Source: a virus (lineage: Duplodnaviria; Caudoviricetes). Taken from it: 64,000 bases of DNA. The DNA is taken from the IMG/VR virus record IMGVR_UViG_3300048881_000780, one strand, 5' to 3'. The notes beneath the pieces were generated by a model. The model saw only the letters and a program-made list of their open reading frames with translations. It ran no database searches and was not told where the DNA came from. Below, piece after piece: positions 47,088-55,811 of the stretch (the stretch's first letter is position 1; each line of letters begins with the position of its first letter). A program made the position numbers and the translations under genes.

Positions 47088-47876
47088 CTAAGCAACTTTT
47101 AAAAAGTTATAGTTTCCAAATTCATTTTCAAAGTAATCATCTAGATCGTCTCCGACCATCTCAAATATCCATCTATTTTCTTTAACGATAGGAATATAGT
47201 TTTTCTCATCTTGAACTTCTAGCGTACAAACACTAGTAAAGATTGACATGAATTTTGAGTCAACTAATAGTTTTCTCCAGTTTTCACAGTGATGACTAAA
47301 TAGAATATTCTTCTTTGGTGCCTGAGTGCCATCTTTTCCGTAAACTTGAGTCCCCATAAAGGCACACATTGCATGTAAGAAGTTTCCACGATACGAGGCA
47401 CCTCTTTTTAAATGATCCCAAACACTCTTTCTAAAACTTAAATGATCCTCGATCTCAACAGTCGCATAGCGTTTTGACTCAAGAAAAATTCTATACTCAT
47501 CAAAACATCTCACCATAAACTGATAAGACTCTTCGTCTTCATGGATTACACTATCGTAGAAGTATGTTAGAGATAGTTGATCAAGACTAGTGAAGTTAAC
47601 TTTTTCAAACTCACACTCTAAAAAGAAGCTCAATGAAACAGAGGCCTTTTCAAAGCTAATATTCTTAAATGAACAATTTATAAAAATACAATTTTCAATA
47701 TATAATTCTTTGTAATCGACATTATCAAAAGAGCAGTTTACATAGATCTTACTTTTTATTTTTTCATTTTTAAACTTCTTCTTCTTTAACTTTAAATCAA
47801 GAAATTCCTTTCTCCTTCCTTTTGGTAGAATTTTCTTTTCCTTCAGTAGATCCAACCACTTCTTCTTTAATTCCAT
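47088..47876 (-). CDS. Pentapeptide-repeat protein
   Basis: NCSFDNVDY..ENCIFINCSFKNISFEKA..FLECEFEKVNF. Confidence 0.8.
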   Translation of the reverse strand: MELKKKWLDLLKEKKILPKGRRKEFLDLKLKKKKFKNEKIKSKIYVNCSFDNVDYKELYIENCIFINCSFKNISFEKASVSLSFFLECEFEKVNFTSLDQLSLTYFYDSVIHEDEESYQFMVRCFDEYRIFLESKRYATVEIEDHLSFRKSVWDHLKRGASYRGNFLHAMCAFMGTQVYGKDGTQAPKKNILFSHHCENWRKLLVDSKFMSIFTSVCTLEVQDEKNYIPIVKENRWIFEMVGDDLDDYFENEFGNYNFLKVA

Positions 47877-47934
47877 ATCTTTTCCAATCCGTGTGTGCGG
47901 TAAAATAGTAAGTCAAATACTATTAATTAAATCT

Positions 47935-47949
47935 TAACACTTTGCGGTA
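47935..47949. promoter_or_regulatory. Operator variant upstream of the pentapeptide gene
   Basis: TAACACTTTGCGGTA; minus strand runs into TAAGAT. Confidence 0.6.
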
Positions 47950-48244
47950 ACTAAAAAAAGAAATAAACTTGCAATCTAATTTTCAAATAATCCATAAGAT
48001 ACTGAAACTAGTTAACTCTTGACCGCTTGCGACACATTTTTATCTATTTTTCTATTCTTTTATCTCGATATTGAAGGTCTTTGATTAGTTTTCTGTACAT
48101 TTTCCATATATCCTCTTGATTTTTAATACCTCTGCAAAGCTCCCCAAAATTGCACCAAATTTATTTACATTGCACCAAAATGCACAAGTGAAGCTATGCT
48201 ACCTGTTAGCCAAGTTTACGAAATTAACTTTAAAGGTTTTGCTT

Positions 48245-50533
48245 TTACTGAAATTCTTCAGTTACGAGTGATTTAAAATTAGAGATATCAATCTCTGTGG
48301 TGCCATCAATAATATCCATGCCCATATCTCCAGCATAGTTTTCAATACTCCACTGACCAGAAGTTACAACGGCTTCAATCTGAGCGTTAGCATCAGTTTT
48401 TTGATACTTGTATTCATTTAATTCTCTATTGGCCAAGTAGAATTCTCGACCAATGACAGGTTTGCCATTTTCATAAATTGTAAGTTTAATAATTTTTGAC
48501 TCTATCGTCTCTATATCTAGATAGTGACCAGAGTTTCTATAGTTATATATAGTTTGCTGAGAGTTTTTAATAGTATCATTTAAGCTCGTTAAATTAAGTC
48601 TTGAGATGTCATATGACTTTAGACCACCAATATAGCTAGTATTTAGTGAATCCAGATCTCCCTTATTGGAAGTAACTCCCTTTTTAGAAGTCAGAGCAAA
48701 TGGTTTATCTACTTCTCTATTAACTATGGCCATGGCCCCTGGAACAAAGAATAGAGAAGTCGAGGCCTTTAGTGAAACACTTTGATTTAAGCTCTCACTA
48801 TCCATTCTAGGGATTCTGACACTATATCCTTTGGAGAGGTAGAATAAATCGTTATTGTGGCTTAAAACTGAATTTAGACTCGATCCATTCTCATCATTAT
48901 TTGAAGTGACACTAAGGCTATTTTTATCGTGGGAAAAATTAAAATCATAATTAATTGAAAAGCTTTGGGCCTTTTGATCATTATATGAATAATTTAAACT
49001 TAAACCATTGTAGTGATAAGAACTATATAGTCGATATCGATAATTTCTATCAAATTTATCAAATTCTAAATCATACTCTCCTCCCACTTTAAAATCACTT
49101 AAGTTTAAAGAGAGATCTGTATTTATACTATCATTGAACCAACCACCAAAATCCTTAGATGCTCTATAACCATAACTTAGAGCAAAAGGCCCCCATCTCT
49201 TAGAGATATTAAAAGACATTGATAAATTATCAAAATCAGAACTAGAGTACTCCTTATCTTGATATTGAGTTTGCAATGTAAAGTTATGCCCAAATAAACT
49301 AAGAGGAATATTAGACTGATAGGACGAACCAAAGTCTTCACCTCTTTTTCTATAATTAGAATTAAGCTTTAAATTACCAAACCTAGAAGCGTATATATAG
49401 TTTTGACCTACTTCATAATTTCCTAATTCACTAAAAAAGACAGAACTTTCAAGAGTTAGATTCTTTGTTACCCCATATGCCGCGGCCACAAAGTACTCAT
49501 CAATATTTGGCAATTCTGAGTAGAATTCACTTTGATCTGATCTCTTTCCAGTTGCAGAAATATCCCAATAGAACTTACCTGGTGAAATTAAATCAGAAGA
49601 GCCCATCACTTGGTACTCAATAATCCTCTTTTTCTTGTCCTCATCAGTAATGACTATTTTTACATCGTTAAATTCATTGTAAAACGGCAACCCCTCTAGA
49701 GTGTGAACTCCCTTATCTAAGTGAAGTGAGCTAACATTTTTAGAGTTAACAATAATATCAACTTTAGATCTTTTCTTTAGAATGATTTTTCTTGAGTATT
49801 CATTTCTTATATCAATATCTTTAAGGCCACTACCTCGATTACCAATTCTTATACCACTTCCTGAGTGGGACTGATTTCCATAATTAAGAGAGCTGATATT
49901 TAAAAAGTTAAAGTATAGATTATGCTCTGGGAAATCTAGATATCCCCTGGGCTCATCAATCATCCACTTATCTCTTGATGATTTCTTAGTCACTTCAGAA
50001 TCAAGCCATATTCTCCATAATTGCAGGCCACCATCTAAATTAATTCCAGTGGTGCTCTTTCTCTCTTTTGTTAAGCCCATATTGTGGTCTAAATTAACTC
50101 TAAATTGTCCCGAAAATATACTAGGCCTTAATGCCTCAACTTCCCAAGGACGCTGTTCACCTTCTTTTAAATTACTCTTAGTTCCCTTATAGAATTTTGA
50201 TGGTAAATCTAACTTAATAGTCATGGTTTCCATCTCGTAATCAAATTTATAAGAAGAGATGTCACTTTTAGACAGCTTTTGAAATAGTTTATCTCTAAAT
50301 TCTTTTTTTATTTTATTTTTAGAAAAATGAGAGTTCTTTAATCCACTTAGGTCAATACTAACGAGAGTTTCTCCATCAGCATATGCCTCAACCTCTCCCA
50401 CATAGCTTCCCCCAATATACATAGTGCCAAGGACTAAGTCCTTGGCACTGGAGTTTGTGCTATATAAAAACACAAGGAGAAACACATGCAGAGAATAAAG
50501 GAGGCACCCTCTGTGTAATTTTTTATCAAACAA
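48245..50533 (-). CDS. Fimbrial outer-membrane usher
   Basis: Signal peptide, beta-barrel alternation, plug-like LDKGVHTLEGLP....NDVKIVITD, DLISPG...W, YGVTKNLTL. Confidence 0.85.
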   Translation of the reverse strand: MFDKKLHRGCLLYSLHVFLLVFLYSTNSSAKDLVLGTMYIGGSYVGEVEAYADGETLVSIDLSGLKNSHFSKNKIKKEFRDKLFQKLSKSDISSYKFDYEMETMTIKLDLPSKFYKGTKSNLKEGEQRPWEVEALRPSIFSGQFRVNLDHNMGLTKERKSTTGINLDGGLQLWRIWLDSEVTKKSSRDKWMIDEPRGYLDFPEHNLYFNFLNISSLNYGNQSHSGSGIRIGNRGSGLKDIDIRNEYSRKIILKKRSKVDIIVNSKNVSSLHLDKGVHTLEGLPFYNEFNDVKIVITDEDKKKRIIEYQVMGSSDLISPGKFYWDISATGKRSDQSEFYSELPNIDEYFVAAAYGVTKNLTLESSVFFSELGNYEVGQNYIYASRFGNLKLNSNYRKRGEDFGSSYQSNIPLSLFGHNFTLQTQYQDKEYSSSDFDNLSMSFNISKRWGPFALSYGYRASKDFGGWFNDSINTDLSLNLSDFKVGGEYDLEFDKFDRNYRYRLYSSYHYNGLSLNYSYNDQKAQSFSINYDFNFSHDKNSLSVTSNNDENGSSLNSVLSHNNDLFYLSKGYSVRIPRMDSESLNQSVSLKASTSLFFVPGAMAIVNREVDKPFALTSKKGVTSNKGDLDSLNTSYIGGLKSYDISRLNLTSLNDTIKNSQQTIYNYRNSGHYLDIETIESKIIKLTIYENGKPVIGREFYLANRELNEYKYQKTDANAQIEAVVTSGQWSIENYAGDMGMDIIDGTTEIDISNFKSLVTEEFQ

Positions 50534-50537
50534 TTCA

Positions 50538-51521
50538 CTATTCCTTAATCGAAACCTTTAAATCCTTTTGACAGCTTTTAAGATCCGATTTGCTAAGTGC
50601 CATATGAAAGTCCATTTCACTTTTGGCCAGAACATTAGTGATTGCATTGGTCTTCTTTACGAAGCTTGATTTAACAACTTTTCCATTACATTTTAATTTT
50701 AGAGTTTTAAACATTACATTCTTTGAACCAACATTTTTTACTCTAACTACCACTCTGTCCTTCTTAACTGTCTTATTAGCTATTTTAAGGTTTCCAGCAG
50801 TAGTCTTAGATCCATTAACATAGATATTTCCAACATATCTAAGTCTTTGAATTATCTGAGTTCTTGTTCCCTTTGCCTTCTTATCTCTCTTAGGCATTTC
50901 AGGGACTTGTGTGAAAATAACTCTATAACTCTTTTGTTTTGAGAAATTATGATCACCAGTGTAGAGAACTTTTACTACCGCACTACCTGGTTTTCCGTCC
51001 TTCGCTGGTGGAATAAACACTGGTGAGCGATAAATTTTAAATTCTTTTGCTAAAGGTCTTGCTCTTGTTTTAACCATCTCTCTTAGTGGTAAGACAGTGT
51101 CTCTTAACTCTTTTTGAGTCAAAATAGTTTTGGCCTTCTTGCCTTTTCCACTCTTTTGAAAGAGAATTCTCTCAATGGCCATAAATTCATTTGCTTCAAG
51201 AATATGAGTCTTTTCTAGTTTATTTAATAATTTAGATAGGACTTCTTTATTCTTTTTAGAAATAAGCTTATGATTTTCTAGTTTTCTTAATTTTCTAAGA
51301 GTACTTTCAACATTTAAAAATACTTCCTTTTCAGTTCCATCTAACAGTTGAATTCTGTGAGCAGTATCAACAACTACCTCCATCTTCTTATTGGATCCAT
51401 TTTGTAACTTAAAAATAGCTACCTTTTGACCATTTTCCAGCGTTGCCGAAGTTGGGGATAACGAAAACCCGTAACTAAGAGTAGATAGGGTGAACATTAA
51501 TAACATTAAACATTTTTTCAT
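50538..51521 (-). CDS. Fimbrial periplasmic chaperone with a basic insertion of about 95 aa
   Basis: FSLSPT...F.L.N, R....DG.E, SYRVIFTQVP, RY.G.IYV, VKNVG.K. Confidence 0.8.
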   Translation of the reverse strand: MKKCLMLLMFTLSTLSYGFSLSPTSATLENGQKVAIFKLQNGSNKKMEVVVDTAHRIQLLDGTEKEVFLNVESTLRKLRKLENHKLISKKNKEVLSKLLNKLEKTHILEANEFMAIERILFQKSGKGKKAKTILTQKELRDTVLPLREMVKTRARPLAKEFKIYRSPVFIPPAKDGKPGSAVVKVLYTGDHNFSKQKSYRVIFTQVPEMPKRDKKAKGTRTQIIQRLRYVGNIYVNGSKTTAGNLKIANKTVKKDRVVVRVKNVGSKNVMFKTLKLKCNGKVVKSSFVKKTNAITNVLAKSEMDFHMALSKSDLKSCQKDLKVSIKE

Positions 51522-51752
51522 TTTTTTCTCCTTTAATTAGTAACTACATTTTAAGGCACAAAGGAGTGGTAAGAATTAATTTTTAACATATTGCGTTTAA
51601 ATATAAATATTCAACAAGATAAGATAGGAACCACCATGGGGTATTCTCTATGATTACGAATACTTAAAAAGAAAACACTTCCATTCCTAGATCTTTTAAA
51701 GAAGGGGGCCTTAAGGCGTAAATTTGGACTTTAATTTATTTAAAATGAACAC

Positions 51753-52352
51753 ATGAAATACTTATTACTATTATTAATGCTTAGTTCTTGTGGTGTTTTA
51801 AATGACACTCTAAATGAAGATATGGTTGTGGAGCACATTCCCTTTGATGAAGTAGATGATCCACGTCTATTTACTAGTGGAGTCAATGAGAATGTTAGTC
51901 CATATATCGATCAATACATAAATAGACTAATACTTCTCACTCCAGTTTCTATTGATATAAATCACATCCCAGTGAATATCATTAACTTCCTAGAGTACCC
52001 AGAGTACAAGAAAAAATTAGAACAAGATAATGTAAGAGCAATTTGCATTGTCTATAGCAATGAATACACTCAACAAACTTTCAAAGAGATTCTAATTGAC
52101 GCAAGTTTTTGGTCTAATGCAAATGAAAGCACTAGAGAGTTAGTAGTTACTCATGAACTTGGCCACTGTCACCTCGATTTAAGACATACAGATGAAAATT
52201 TAATTTACGTATCTCCAGGTGTTCCAAAAATTATGAACCCATCTCCAGATACCTCGGTCTTTGTCGGAGACGCAGTAATTAGAGAGGCAATTTACGATAT
52301 GTTAATTGACGCCAATATTGAGTTATATCCGTGGGAGAGTTTAGATGAATAA
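51753..52352 (+). CDS. Lipoprotein zinc metallopeptidase (metzincin-like)
   Basis: Lipobox LSSC; HELGHCHLDLRH; IMNP Met-turn. Confidence 0.85.
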   Translation: MKYLLLLLMLSSCGVLNDTLNEDMVVEHIPFDEVDDPRLFTSGVNENVSPYIDQYINRLILLTPVSIDINHIPVNIINFLEYPEYKKKLEQDNVRAICIVYSNEYTQQTFKEILIDASFWSNANESTRELVVTHELGHCHLDLRHTDENLIYVSPGVPKIMNPSPDTSVFVGDAVIREAIYDMLIDANIELYPWESLDE

Positions 52353-52956
52353 TAGCGGTGCTGAATACTTAAGAGAAGAAGAGGATTACCCCAATTTAAA
52401 ACCATCTCTTCGAAATTCTCCTTTATTTTTATTCTTTAGTGCTCTCTTAGTGTACTTACTTTCAAATTATGAGATCTACTCTAAAAGTTCTAAGAGTTTT
52501 TATAGGCTGGTTTTAAAACACTTTAATTACTATGATTTAAATAGAGAATATGGTGAAATAACATTTCTTATAAAAAAGATGGCCCTTCTCTGTAGTCAAA
52601 ATTACTACGAGCTCATCTATCTTTCAGTTGGTGTAATACTCGCAGTTATTATTAGATATAAACTCATTAATTTCATAAGTTTTGATAATCACCAAAAAGG
52701 TGTTGAGATCCGCTGGATTGACTCATCTGGGTTAACCCGAGACTTTATCGATATTACGCAAATAAAAGATTGTGACTTAGAAATGGGCCCTTGGCAATTT
52801 CTCACTCTTACCTATCGACTTAAAATTTCTTCAAGAACTGAAGGTATTAAATACTTCTCTGGCCTTCCTATTAGTAAGTTAACAAGAAAATATAGAAAAT
52901 CTATTAATAGAAAAGGTGTTGATAGCTACACTGAGTTTAAAATTAAAAGTAATTAA
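52345..52956 (+). CDS. Membrane protein with possible bacterial PH domain
   Basis: Two TM segments, then I.I..IKD.......WQ......LKI.S. Confidence 0.65.
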   Translation: MNNSGAEYLREEEDYPNLKPSLRNSPLFLFFSALLVYLLSNYEIYSKSSKSFYRLVLKHFNYYDLNREYGEITFLIKKMALLCSQNYYELIYLSVGVILAVIIRYKLINFISFDNHQKGVEIRWIDSSGLTRDFIDITQIKDCDLEMGPWQFLTLTYRLKISSRTEGIKYFSGLPISKLTRKYRKSINRKGVDSYTEFKIKSN

Positions 52957-52959
52957 AAT

Positions 52960-53325
52960 ATGAAAAGAGTATTTGAGACAATTTTTGGAAGTTCTGTATT
53001 TTCACTATGCCTATATAGTTGTTATCAACTTTGTAGTCATTTAAATTTTGAACTAGAAGATCTTGGTGATAATAGAATTTATCTGGCATTAACGGCCATT
53101 ATCATGTCTCTACTTTTTTGTTTTGAGGCCACAAATGGAGACTATGAGTACCCAGACCCTCTCGCCTTTTGGGGTGAGATATCTAGAAGAACTTTCTTCT
53201 TGGCCTTTGCTATTTATACCTCAACTTATTTACAAGGAGAGATAGGACCTCCTATTCTCATCGCTTTTAGTTGGCTAACTCTCTATTTAATAATCTACAA
53301 AGTACAAGAAGTTCAGCATGAATAG
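52960..53325 (+). CDS. Hypothetical membrane protein
   Basis: About 4 TM segments. Confidence 0.7.
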   Translation: MKRVFETIFGSSVFSLCLYSCYQLCSHLNFELEDLGDNRIYLALTAIIMSLLFCFEATNGDYEYPDPLAFWGEISRRTFFLAFAIYTSTYLQGEIGPPILIAFSWLTLYLIIYKVQEVQHE

Positions 53326-53608
53326 CTTAATGACCTTTATCTCTATTCTTATAGTTGTAGTTGTTATATCAATTTTTATCGTTAAGTTTTTTAATTATAT
53401 CACTACTCCAAACTATATTAACTATAGTGATGAATTGCTTATTACAAAGTGTAAAAAACATATCATTGATTTTCACTTAAATCCCAAGCTTCATGAAGTA
53501 CAAATTAAGAAAATTATATTTGAATTAAAGTGTCGAGGAGTAGACCCCTCATCACTAGATGATGACTTTACTCAAGTCATGATAAAGAAGTGGGAAAGAG
53601 ACTTATAG
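53318..53608 (+). CDS. Hypothetical single-TM protein
   Basis: 96 aa, start overlaps the upstream gene. Confidence 0.7.
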   Translation: MNSLMTFISILIVVVVISIFIVKFFNYITTPNYINYSDELLITKCKKHIIDFHLNPKLHEVQIKKIIFELKCRGVDPSSLDDDFTQVMIKKWERDL

Positions 53609-53611
53609 ATT

Positions 53612-54061
53612 TTAGTCTTTAAGCTTTCTTTTTATTCTTTCAATATCCTCTAATTCAGATCTCACTCGATCTGCTTCACTTTTAAGATAATTTATATAAC
53701 CCGAATCCGCTATCTTCTTTTCTTCTATTCTAAGAATTAAAAAATCCATGGCCATAAAGTAAATAAGAATGGGTGTGATCATTATAAATACTAAACCATT
53801 AAAGAAGGCCTCATTGCTAATGAATTTTGATAATGGCACTACTGGATTATGAATAATGAAGAGTATCCATATAAATAAATTGGGACGTCGAGAATAGGTA
53901 TTAAACTTTGCTCTAATGATTATCACAAGACCCAGACAGATTGGAAATACCCACTTTAATAGTGTGTAAAACTCTGTTGGCATTGTAAGAAGACTTAGAC
54001 CTGAGAATATAGTGATTGTGGTTAGAAGAAAAATAGTAATGATTCTTTCATTTAAGATCAT
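53612..54061 (-). CDS. Membrane protein, DUF6804-like
   Basis: MP..FY.LL.W / I.NP..P pattern. Confidence 0.6.
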   Translation of the reverse strand: MILNERIITIFLLTTITIFSGLSLLTMPTEFYTLLKWVFPICLGLVIIIRAKFNTYSRRPNLFIWILFIIHNPVVPLSKFISNEAFFNGLVFIMITPILIYFMAMDFLILRIEEKKIADSGYINYLKSEADRVRSELEDIERIKRKLKD

Positions 54062-54138
54062 AATAAGAATTCCTTTTTCTTAATCTCTTTAGTAACACTT
54101 TTTTCGTGATGCTAACAAAGAAATGTTAATATCACGAT

Positions 54139-54390
54139 TTATATATCGTGCCTTAAGTTAGCGCCCAACTCTCCGCGATCAAAGCGCTCTTGCAATTGAT
54201 CACAAGTGCTCTTAGCTACTACCATCCCCTCGCCAATGGGGACTGCTAAGGCCAGAGATTTAATGGCCAGAATTTCACCATTACCAGCATCGATGCCGTG
54301 CAGATAGACGCCCTGGTCGATGCCATCTTTAAAAATACCCATTTTATATTCACCACTATCACTGTGGAGAATTGGTACAAATGTAATCAC
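54139..54390 (-). CDS. Small hypothetical protein, GC-rich relative to the window
   Basis: GAGG SD; 59 of 120 bases are G+C in 54181-54300. Confidence 0.6.
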   Translation of the reverse strand: MITFVPILHSDSGEYKMGIFKDGIDQGVYLHGIDAGNGEILAIKSLALAVPIGEGMVVAKSTCDQLQERFDRGELGANLRHDI

Positions 54391-54506
54391 TTAATTTTCC
54401 TCGCTCTACTTTAAAGTGATATTCTAACATAGGGTTATAGATTGCTTAAAATAAACTTACGACTCAAGTATATGTAATTAAAATAATTTCAGTATTTACC
54501 TTTTCC

Positions 54507-54712
54507 TGAACACGACAAATCAATTACTTAACGCTGTTTAACTTTTTCTGAACACAAAAATTCAAACACTTACAATGTTCAGCTTTTCGTGAACACCCAA
54601 AATTTAGTGAACATTCTTTAAATTTCAAACACTTAAGAGTGTTCAGCTTTTCGTGAACACCCAAATTGAGTGAACATTTATTAAATTTTAAGTACTTAAA
54701 GGTGTTCAGCTT
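54507..54712. repeat. Array of TGAACA/TGTTCA boxes with about 64-bp tandem period and IHF-like sites
   Basis: TGTTCAGCTTTTCGTGAACACCCAAA at 54576 and 54640, partial copy at 54703; six TGAACA and three TGTTCA. Confidence 0.9.
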
Positions 54713-55067
54713 ACTCTATAAGTTTCTTTACAAGCTCCATACTCTTGCCCTCTTCAATGGAGACGCCCTTTATTTCCGCTATTTTAGTAATTATGTCCAA
54801 CTCTTCTTTCTCTTCTCTTTTTCTCTTATTACACTCTTTACAAGAGGGCCTTCGACCATCACTTCTTTGCTTATCTCTAGCAAAGTAATCTATGTTCTTC
54901 TTCTCTTTGCAAATGGTGCAAATTTTCCTTTTTTCATTCTCTATCCCCACATCATTTACAGGTGAACAAACCTCTAGAGAATAGATCTCTTGTGACCTTA
55001 AAAAGCTTTCAAATTTTTCCAGAGAAGATTTTGTTGGAAATATTAGGGAGTAATTCTTTTTAAACAT
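54711..55067 (-). CDS. Small C4 zinc-finger protein
   Basis: CTIC...F.....DG....CKEC (endonuclease VII/HNH-associated zinc ribbon type). Confidence 0.75.
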   Translation of the reverse strand: MFKKNYSLIFPTKSSLEKFESFLRSQEIYSLEVCSPVNDVGIENEKRKICTICKEKKNIDYFARDKQRSDGRRPSCKECNKRKREEKEELDIITKIAEIKGVSIEEGKSMELVKKLIE

Positions 55068-55142
55068 TTTTAAATCTCTTAATTAAAGTTACTAAAAACT
55101 TATAGGAGTTTCTTTTCTTTAAAACTGAACAACGAAATAGAT

Positions 55143-55556
55143 TCATGGACTCATTCTGTATTCTAGATAATTTCTAACATCTCTAAGGTGGGCCGGATGC
55201 TTAAAGATATACGACATTGGCGATAAATGGCCAAAGGTCTTATGCTCCGTCTTTAACCATTTAACCTGATCTTCAGTTCTTACAAAGTAACTTGAGAGAC
55301 AATCATATAACTCGATTAGCTCATAAATTTGAACATCATCGGGTGTATATCTACTTTTAGAAACTTTAACACTTCCATTTTTAAACCATCCATTAACTGT
55401 CGTTCTTGGCTTGTGTAAGAGTTTAGAAATCTCTGATTCATCAAACCCAAACTCTCTTTGAATACCACGCAAAATCTTATACAACCCCCTATAAAGGTCT
55501 TCTGGTGATGATGATCTTAATGGCATTGGAACTAAAGCTTCCATAGTATCCTCCAC
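55143..55556 (-). CDS. Xre/MbcA/ParS-like antitoxin
   Basis: N-terminal HTH; C-terminal WL......FG..SP...I......V..YL. Confidence 0.75.
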   Translation of the reverse strand: MEDTMEALVPMPLRSSSPEDLYRGLYKILRGIQREFGFDESEISKLLHKPRTTVNGWFKNGSVKVSKSRYTPDDVQIYELIELYDCLSSYFVRTEDQVKWLKTEHKTFGHLSPMSYIFKHPAHLRDVRNYLEYRMSP

Positions 55557-55697
55557 ACTTATTATACTACTTTAAATTACTATTTAGTGCTCTTAATTAA
55601 AACAATGTCAATAATACACACAAGTACTAATATTATTAACAGTTTACAACTATACGAATTAGTAAAACATCATTATTTAAGGTTTTTAAATGTCATT

Positions 55698-55762
55698 ACA
55701 TATGTTAAAAAATGAAATAATTCTAACATATGTCAAAGTTTTTGAATTTATATAACATATGT
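55698..55762. repeat. Three ACATATGT palindromes spaced 28-29 bp
   Basis: Copies at 55698, 55726, 55755. Confidence 0.75.
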
Positions 55763-55811
55763 TAAAAAAGCGATCTAAATTCAATAACTTAAATCAACTT
55801 TTCGTCATTTT

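Noticed and set aside
48012-48107. Tiny minus-strand ORFs (15 and 29 aa)
   Set aside because: Too short and without recognisable features.
54507-54712. Possible CRISPR array (26-bp repeat, 64-bp period)
   Set aside because: Only two full repeats, the intervening sequences resemble each other (tandem duplication), and there are no cas genes.
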